This document shows, in pieces, positions 55,500 to 64,000 of a stretch of DNA of 64,000 nt. The DNA is from Nemertoderma westbladi (Eukaryota > Animalia > Xenacoelomorpha). The stretch covers positions 1 to 64,000 of the forward strand of contig JAUCBJ010002660.1 in NCBI GenBank assembly GCA_032718475.1, written 5' to 3'. The notes beneath the pieces are model-generated. The model was given only the letters and a program-made list of their open reading frames with translations, was not told where the DNA came from and searched no databases. A program made the position numbers and the translations under genes. Each line of letters opens with the position of its first letter. The stretch's first letter is position 1.

Positions 55500-58400
55500 T
55501 ACTCCAACATCGCGACTGGGTCCCTCTGGGTGGTTCCCTCTTCGAGGTGGGTGGATGGGAGGATCCCAGAAGAAGTACTCCAACATCGCGACGGGTCCCT
55601 CTGGGTGGTTACCTCCTCGAGGTGGGTGGATGGGAGGATCCCAGAGGAAGTACTCCAACATCGCGACTGGGTCCCTCTGGGTGGTTCCCTCCTCGAGGTG
55701 GGTGGATAGGAGGATCCCAGAGGAAGTACTCCAACATCGCGACTGGGTCCCTCTGGGTGGTTCCCTCCTCGAGGTGGGTGGGAGGGAGGATCCCAGAAGA
55801 ACTACTCCAACATCACGACTGGTTCCCTCTGGGTGGTTCCCTCTCGAGGTTGGTGGGAGGGAGGATCCCAGAGGAAGTACTCCAACATCGCGACTGGGTC
55901 CCTCTGGGTGGTTCTCTCCTCGAGGTGGGTGGATGGGAGGATCCCAGAGGAAGTACTCCAACATCGCGACTGGGTCCCTCTGGGTGGTTCCCTCCTCGAG
56001 ATGGGTGGATGGGAGGATCCCAGAGGAAGTACTCCAACATCGCGATGGGTCCCTCTGGGTGGTTCCCTCCTCGAGGTGGGTGGGATGGAGGATCCCAGAG
56101 GAAGTACTCCAACATCGCGACTGGGTCCCTCTGGGTGGTTCCCTCCTCGAGGTGGGTGGGAGGGAGGATCCCAGAGGAACTACTCCAACATCGCGACTGG
56201 TTCCCTCTGGGTGGTTCCCTCCTCGAGGTTGGTGGGCGTGGGAGGGAGGATCCCAGAGGAAGTACTCCAACATCGCGACTGGGTCCCTCTGGGTGGTTCC
56301 CCCCTCGAGGTGGGTGGATGGGAGGATCCCAGAGGAAGTACTCCAAAATCGCGACTGGTTCCCTCTGGGTGGTTCCCTCCTCGACGTGGTTGGGAGGGAG
56401 GATCCCAGAGGAAGTACTCCAACATCGCGACTGGTTCCCTCTGGGTGGTTCCCTCCTCGAGGTGGGTGGGACGGAGGATCCCAGAGGAAGTACTCCAACA
56501 TCGCGACTGGTTCCCTCTGGGTGGTTCCCTCCTCGAGGTGGGTGGGAGGGAGGATCCCAGAGGAAGTACTCCAACATCGCGACTGGGTCCCTCTGGGTGT
56601 TTCCCTCCTCGACGTGGGTGGATGGGAGGATCCCAGAGGAAGTACTCCAACATCGCGACTGGGTCCCTCTGGGTGGTTCCCTCCTCGAGGTGGGTGGATG
56701 GGAGGATCCCAGACGAAGTACTCCAACATCGCGACGGGTCCCTCTGGGTGGTTCCCTCCTCGAGGTGGGTGGATGGGAGGATCCCAGAGGAAGTACTCCA
56801 ACATCGCGACTGGGTCCCTCTGGGTGGTTCCCTCCTCGAGGTGGTTGGAAGGGAGGATCGCAGAGGAGTACTCCAACATCGCGACGGGTCCCTCTGGGTG
56901 GTTCCCTCCTCGAGGTGGGTGGATGGGAGGATCCCAGAGGAAGTACTCCAACACGCGACTGGGTCCCTCTGGGTGGTTCCCTCCTCGAGGTGGTTGGGAG
57001 GGAGGCTCCCAGAGGAAGTACTCCAACATCGCGACGGGTCCCTCTGGGTGGTTCCCTCCTCGAGGTGGGTGGGAGGGAGGATCCCAGAGGAAGTACTCCA
57101 ACATCGCGACTGGGTCCCTCTGGGTGGTTCCCTCCTCGAGGTGGTTGGGAGGGAGGATCGCAGAGGAAGTACTCCGACATCGCGACGGTCCCTCTGGGTG
57201 GTTCCCTCCTCGAGGTGGGTGGATGGGAGGATCCCAGAGGAAGTACTCCAACATCGCGACTGGGTCCCTCTGGGTGGTTCCCTCCTCGAGGTAGGTGGAT
57301 CCCAGAGGAAGTACTCCAACATCGCGACTGGTTCCCTCTGGGTGGTTCCCTCCTCGAGGTGGGTGGGAGGGTGGATCCCAGAGGAAGTACTCCAACATCG
57401 CGATTGGGTCCCTCTGGGTGGTTCCCTCCTCGAGGTGGTTGGGAGGGAGGCTCCCAGAGGAAGTACTCCAACATCGCGACGGGTCCCTCTGGGTGGTTCC
57501 CTCGTCGAGGTGGGTGGGAGGGAGGATCCCAGAGGAAGTACTCCAACATCGCGACGGGTCCCTCTGGGTGGTTCCCTCCTCGAGGTGGGTGGATGGGAGG
57601 ATCCCAGAGGAAGTACTCCAACATCGCGACTGGGTCCCTCTGGGTGGTTCCCTCCTCGAGGTGGTTGGGAGGGAGGATCGCAGAGGAGTACTCCAACATC
57701 GCGACGGGTCCCTCTGGGTGGTTCCCTCCTCGAGGTGGGTGGATGGGAGGATCCCAGAGGAAGTACTCCAACATCGCGACTGGGTCCCTCTGGATGGTTC
57801 CCTCCTCGAGGTGGTTGGGAGGGAGGCTCCCAGAGGAAGTACTCCAACATCGCGACGGGTCCCTCTGGGTGGTTCCCTCCTCGAGGTGGGTGGGAGGGAG
57901 GATCCCAGAGGAAGTACTCCAACATCGCGATTGGTTCCCTCTGGGTGGTTCCCTCCTCGAGGTGGTTGGGAGGGAGGATCCCAGAGGAAGTACTCCAACA
58001 TCGCGACGGGTCCCTCTGGGTGGTTCCCTCCTCGAGGTGGGTGGATGGGAGGATCCCAGAGGAAGTACTCCAACATCGCGACTGGGTCCCTCTGGGTGGT
58101 TCCCTCATCGAGGTGGGTGAATGGGAGGATCCCAGAGGAAGTACTCCAACATCGCGACTGGGTCCCTCTGGGTGGTTCCCTCCTCGAGGTGGTTGGGAGG
58201 GAGGATCCCAGAGGAAGTACTCCAACATCGCGACTGGGTCCCTCTGTGTGGTTCCCTCCTCGAGGTGGTTGGGAGGGAGGATCACAGTGGAAGTACTCCA
58301 ACATCGCGACGGGTCCCTCTGGGTGGTTCCCTCCTCGAGGTGGGTGGATGGGAGGATCCCAGAGGAAGTACTCCAACATCGCGACGGGTCCCTCTGGGTG

Positions 58401-61400
58401 GTTCCCTCTTCGAGGTGGGTGGATGGGAGGATCCCAGAGGAAGTACTCCAACATCGCGACTGGGTCCCTCTGGGTGGTTCCCTCCTCGAGGTGGTTGGGA
58501 GGGAGGCTCCCAGAGGAAGTACTCCAACATCGCGACGGGTCCCTCTGGGTGGTTCCCTCCTCGAGGTGGGTGGGAGGGAGGATCCCAGAGGAAGTACTCC
58601 AACATCGCGACTGGGTCCCTCTGGGTGGTTCCCTCCTCGAGGTGGTTGGGAGGGAGGATCGCAGAGGAAGTACTCCGACATCGCGACGGTCCCTCTGGGT
58701 GGTTCCCTCCTCGAGGTGGGTGGATGGGAGGATCCCAGAGGAAGTACTCCAACATCGCGACTGGGTCCCTCTGGGTGGTTCCCTCCTCGAGGTAGGTGGA
58801 TCCCAGAGGAAGTACTCCAACATCGCGACTGGTTCCCTCTGGGTGGTTCCCTCCTCGAGGTGGGTGGGAGGGTGGATCCCAGAGGAAGTACTCCAACATC
58901 GCGATTGGGTCCCTCTGGGTGTTTCCCTCCTCGAGGTGGTTGGGAGGGAGGCTCCCAGAGGAAGTACTCCAACATCGCGACGGGTCCCTCTGGGTGGTTC
59001 CCTCGTCGAGGTGGGTGGGAGGGAGGATCCCAGAGGAAGTAATCCAACATCGCGACGGGTCCCTCTGGGTGGTTCCCTCCTCGAGGTGGGTGGATGGGAG
59101 GATCCCAGAGGAAGTACTCCAACATCGCGACTGGGTCCCTCTGGGTGGTTCCCTCCTCGAGGTGGTTGGGAGGGAGGATCGCAGAGGAGTACTCCAACAT
59201 CGCGACGGGTCCCTCTGGGTGGTTCCCTCCTCGAGGTGGGTGGATGGGAGGATCCCAGAGGAAGTACTCCAACATCGCGACTGGGTCCCTCTGGATGGTT
59301 CCCTCCTCGAGGTGGTTGGGAGGGAGGCTCCCAGAGGAAGTACTCCAACATCGCGACGGGTCCCTCTGGGTGGTTCCCTCCTCGAGGTGGGTGGGAGGGA
59401 GGATCCCAGAGGAAGTACTCCAACATCGCGATTGGTTCCCTCTGGGTGGTTCCCTCCTCGAGGTGGTTGGGAGGGAGGATCCCAGAGGAAGTACTCCAAC
59501 ATCGCGACGGGTCCCTCTGGGTGGTTCCCTCCTCGAGGTGGGTGGATGGGAGGATCCCAGAGGAAGTACTCCAACATCGCGACTGGGTCCCTCTGGGTGG
59601 TTCCCTCCTCGAGGTGGGTGAATGGGAGGATCCCAGAGGAAGTACTCCAACATCGCGACTGGGTCCCTCTGGGTGGTTCCCTCCTCGAGGTGGTTGGGAG
59701 GGAGGATCCCAGAGGAAGTACTCCAACATCGCGACTGGGTCCCTCTGTGTGGTTCCCTCCTCGAGGTGGTTGGGAGGGAGGATCACAGTGGAAGTACTCC
59801 AACATCGCGACGGGTCCCTCTGGGTGGTTCCCTCTTCGAGGTGGGTGGATGGGAGGATCCCAGAGGAAGTACTCCAACATCGCGACTGGGTCCCTCTGGG
59901 TGGTTCCCTCCTCGAGGTGGTTGGGTGGGAGGATCCCAGAGGAAGTACTCCAACATCGCGACTGGTTCCCTCTGGGTGGTTCCCTCCTCGAGGTGGGTGG
60001 GAGGGAGGATCCCAGAGGAAGTACTCCAACATCGCGACTGGTTCCCTCTGGGTGGCTCCCTCCTCGAGGTGGGTGGGAGGGAGGATCCCAGAGAAAGTAC
60101 TCCAACATCGCGACTGGTTCCCTCTGGGTGGTTCCCTCTTCGAGGTGGGTGGGAGGGAGGATCCCAGAGGAAGTACTCCAACATCGCGACGGGTCCCTCT
60201 GGGTGGTTCCCTCATCGAGGTGGGTGGTATGGAGGATCCCAGAGGAAGTACTCCAACATCGCGACTGGGTCCCTCTGGGTGGTTCCCTCCTCGAGGTGGG
60301 TGGGAGGGAGGATCCCAGAGGAAGTACTCCAACATCGCGACTGGGTCCCTCTGTGTGGTTCCCTCCTTGAGGTGGTTGGGAGGGAGGATCCCAGTGGAAG
60401 TACTCCAACATCGCGACGGGTCCCTCTGGGTGGTTCCCTCTTCGAGGTGGGTGGGAGGGAGGATCCCAGAGGAAGTACTCCAACATCGCGACGGGTCCCT
60501 CTGGGTGGTTCCCTCATCGAGGTGGGTGGGAGGGAGGATCCCAGAGAAAGTACTCCAACATCGCGACTGGTTCCCTCTGGGTGGTTCCCTCTTCGAGGTG
60601 GGTGGGAGGGAGGATCCCAGAGGAAGTACTCCAACATCGCGACGGGTCCCTCTGGGTGGTTCCCTCATCGAGGTGGGTGGTATGGAGGATCCCAGAGGAA
60701 GTACTCCAACATCGCGACTGGTTCCCTCTGGGTGGTTCCCTCCTCGAGGTGGGTGGGAGGGAGGATCCCAGAGGAAGTACTCCAACATCGCGACTGGTTC
60801 CCTCTGGGTGGCTCCCTCCTCGAGGTGGGTGGGAGGGAGGATCCCAGAGAAAGTACTCCAACATCGCGACTGGTTCCCTCTGGGTGGTTCCCTCATCGAG
60901 GTGGGTGGGAGGGAGGATCCCAGAGGAAGTACTCCAACATCGCGACGGGTCCCTCTGGGTGGTTCCCTCATCGAGGTGGGTGGTATGGAGGATCCCAGAG
61001 GAAGTACTCCAACATCGCGACTGGGTCCCTCTGGGTGGTTCCCTCCTCGAGGTGGGTGGGAGGGAGGATCCCAGAGGAAGTACTCCAACATCGCGACTGG
61101 GTCCCTCTGTGTGGTTCCCTCCTTGAGGTGGTTGGGAGGGAGGATCCCAGTGGAAGTACTCCAACATCGCGACGGGTCCCTCTGGGTGGTTCCCTCCTCG
61201 AGGTGGGTGGATGGGAGGATCCCAGAGGAAGTACTCCAACATCGCGACTGGGTCCCTCTGGGTGGTTCCCTCCTCGAGGTGGTTGGGTGGGAGGATCCCA
61301 GAGGAAGTACTCCAACATCGCGACTGGTTCCCTCTGGGTGGTTCCCTCCTCGGGGTGGGTGGGAGGGAGGATCCCAGAGGAAGTACTCCAACATCGCGAC

Positions 61401-64000
61401 TGGTTCCCTCTGGGTGGTTCCCTCCTCGAGGTGGGTGGGAGGGAGGATCCCAGAGGAAGTACTCCAACATCGCGACTGGTTCCCTCTGGGTGGTTCCCTC
61501 CTCGAGGTGGGTGGGAGGGAGGATCCCAGAGGAAGTACTCCAACATCGCGACGGGTCCCTCTGGGTGGTTCCCTCCTCGAGGTGGGTGGGATGGAGGATC
61601 CCAGAGGAAGTACTCCAACATCGCGACTGGGTCCCTCTGGGTGGTTCCCTCCTCGAGGTGTGTGGGAGGGAGGATCCCAGAGGAACTACTCCAACATCGC
61701 GACTGGTTCCCTCTGGGTGGTTCCCTCCTCTAGGTTGGTGGGAGGGAGGATCCCAGAGGAAGTACTCCAACATCGCGATTGGGTCCCTCTGGGTTGTTCC
61801 CCCCTCGAGGTGGGTGGATGGGAGGATCCCAGAGGAAGTACTCCAACATCGCGACTGGTTCCCTCTGGGTGGTTCCCTCCTCGACGTGGTTGGGAGGGAG
61901 GATCCCAGAGGAAGTACTCCAACATCGCGACTGGTTCCCTCTGGGTGGTTCCCTCCTCGAGGTGGGTGGGAGGGAGGCTCCCAGAGGAAGTACTCCAACA
62001 TCGCGACGGGTCCCTCTGGGTGGTTCCCTCCTCGAGGTGGGTGGGAGGGAGGATCCCAGAGGAAGTACTCCAACATCGCGATTGGTTCCCTCTGGGTGGT
62101 TCCCTCCTCGAGGTGGTTGGGAGGGAGGATCCCAGAGGAAGTACTCCAACATCGCGACTGGTTCCCTCTGGGTGGCTCCCTCCTCGAGGTGGGTGGGAGG
62201 GAGGATCCCAGAGAAAGTACTCCAACATCGCGACTGGTTCCCTCTGGGTGGCTCCCTCCTCGAGGTGGGTGGGAGGGAGGATCCCAGAGGAAGTACTCCA
62301 ACATCGCGACGGGTCCCTCTGGGTGGTTCCCTCATCGAGGTGGGTGGTATGGAGGATCCCAGAGGAAGTACTCCAACATCGCGACTGGGTCCCTCTGGGT
62401 GGTTCCCTCCTCGAGGTGGGTGGGAGGGAGGATCCCAGAGGAAGTACTCCAACATCGCGACTGGGTCCCTCTGTGTGGTTCCCTCCTTGAGGTGGTTGGG
62501 AGGGAGGATCCCAGTGGAAGTACTCCAACATCGCGACGGGTCCCTCTGGGTGGTTCCCTCCTCGAGGTGGGTGGATGGGAGGATCCCAGAGGAAGTACTC
62601 CAACATCGCGACTGGGTCCCTCTGGGTGGTTCCCTCCTCGAGGTGGTTGGGAGGGAGGATCGCAGAGGAGTACTCCAACATCGCGACGGGTCCCTCTGGG
62701 TGGTTCCCTCCTCGAGGTGGGTGGATGGGAGGATCCCAGAGGAAGTACTCCAACATCGCGACTGGGTCCCTCTGGATGGTTCCCTCCTCGAGGTGGTTGG
62801 GAGGGAGGCTCCCAGAGGAAGTACTCCAACATCGCGACGGGTCCCTCTGGGTGGTTCCCTCCTCGAGGTGGGTGGGAGGGAGGATCCCAGAGGAAGTACT
62901 CCAACATCGCGATTGGTTCCCTCTGGGTGGTTCCCTCCTCGAGGTGGTTGGGAGGGAGGATCCCAGAGGAAGTACTCCAACATCGCGACGGGTCCCTCTG
63001 GGTGGTTCCCTCCTCGAGGTGGGTGGATGGGAGGATCCCAGAGGAAGTACTCCAACATCGCGACTGGGTCCCTCTGGGTGGTTCCCTCCTCGAGGTGGGT
63101 GAATGGGAGGATCCCAGAGGAAGTACTCCAACATCGCGACTGGGTCCCTCTGGGTGGTTCCCTCCTCGAGGTGGTTGGGAGGGAGGATCCCAGAGGAAGT
63201 ACTCCAACATCGCGACTGGGTCCCTCTGTGTGGTTCCCTCCTCGAGGTGGTTGGGAGGGAGGATCACAGTGGAAGTACTCCAACATCGCGACGGGTCCCT
63301 CTGGGTGGTTCCCTCTTCGAGGTGGGTGGATGGGAGGATCCCAGAGGAAGTACTCCAACATCCCGACTGGGTCCCTCTGGGTGGTTCCCTCCTCGAGGTG
63401 GTTGGGTGGGAGGATCCCAGAGGAAGTACTCCAACATCGCGACTGGTTCCCTCTGGGTGGTTCCCTCCTCGAGGTGGGTGGGAGGGAGGATCCCAGAGGA
63501 AGTACTCCAACATCGCGACTGGTTCCCTCTGGGTGGCTCCCTCCTCGAGGTGGGTGGGAGGGAGGATCCCAGAGAAAGTACTCCAACATCGCGACTGGTT
63601 CCCTCTGGGTGGTTCCCTCTTCGAGGTGGGTGGGAGGGAGGATCCCAGAGGAAGTACTCCAACATCGCGACGGGTCCCTCTGGGTGGTTCCCTCATCGAG
63701 GTGGGTGGTATGGAGGATCCCAGAGGAAGTACTCCAACATCGCGACTGGGTCCCTCTGGGTGGTTCCCTCCTCGAGGTGGGTGGGAGGGAGGATCCCAGA
63801 GGAAGTACTCCAACATCGCGACTGGGTCCCTCTGTGTGGTTCCCTCCTTGAGGTGGTTGGGAGGGAGGATCCCAGTGGAAGTACTCCAACATCGCGACGG
63901 GTCCCTCTGGGTGGTTCCCTCCTCGAGGTGGGTGGATGGGAGGATCCCAGAGGAAGTACTCCAACATCGCGACTGGGTCCCTCTGGGTGGTTCCCTCCTC
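55500..64000. repeat. 75/76-bp GC-rich satellite, more than 110 copies, continuing past the window end, with higher-order duplications
   Basis: Unit actccaacatcgcgactgggtccctctgggtggttccctcctcgaggtgggtggatgggaggatcccagaggaagt; rare variants recur at 1501-bp and 3481-bp offsets. Confidence 0.97.

Noticed and set aside
55437-63967. Very long ORFs (up to 1971 aa) on both strands
   Set aside because: They are translations of the stop-poor 75/76-bp satellite, cycling through all frames; not genes.

Overview
Eukaryotic, most likely invertebrate animal, repeat-rich genomic DNA. There are two host genes, both minus-strand with uninterrupted coding regions: a PPP1R37-like LRR protein with a coding 48-bp VNTR, and a ZDHHC24-like palmitoyltransferase. 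They lie among MITE/foldback elements, non-LTR retrotransposon fragments (RTE, RTE-X-like, Penelope, CRE-like) and several tandem arrays (208, 47, ~10, ~21, 40 and 76 bp units); nearly all the long ORFs in the ORF track over these arrays are artefacts. The main feature is a complete 13.4-kb BEL/Pao-type LTR retrotransposon (37983-51427, minus strand, 1168-bp TGT...ACA LTRs, CCCAC target-site duplication). It is unusual in three ways. (1) Its polyprotein keeps Gag and protease but has lost RT and the integrase core through two in-frame deletions. (2) It has no tRNA-type PBS; the 12 nt after the 5' LTR are instead the exact complement of a 12-mer inside the LTR, which suggests Tf1-like self-priming. 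(3) It carries an extra non-env ORF between pol and the 3' LTR. That ORF is decayed in this copy but intact (728 aa, CxxC..CxxH motif, coiled coil, basic tail) in an adjacent 4.2-kb fragment of the same family, which sits inside an RTE LINE without normal LTR ends. All family assignments come from motif recognition by eye; no database searches were run.
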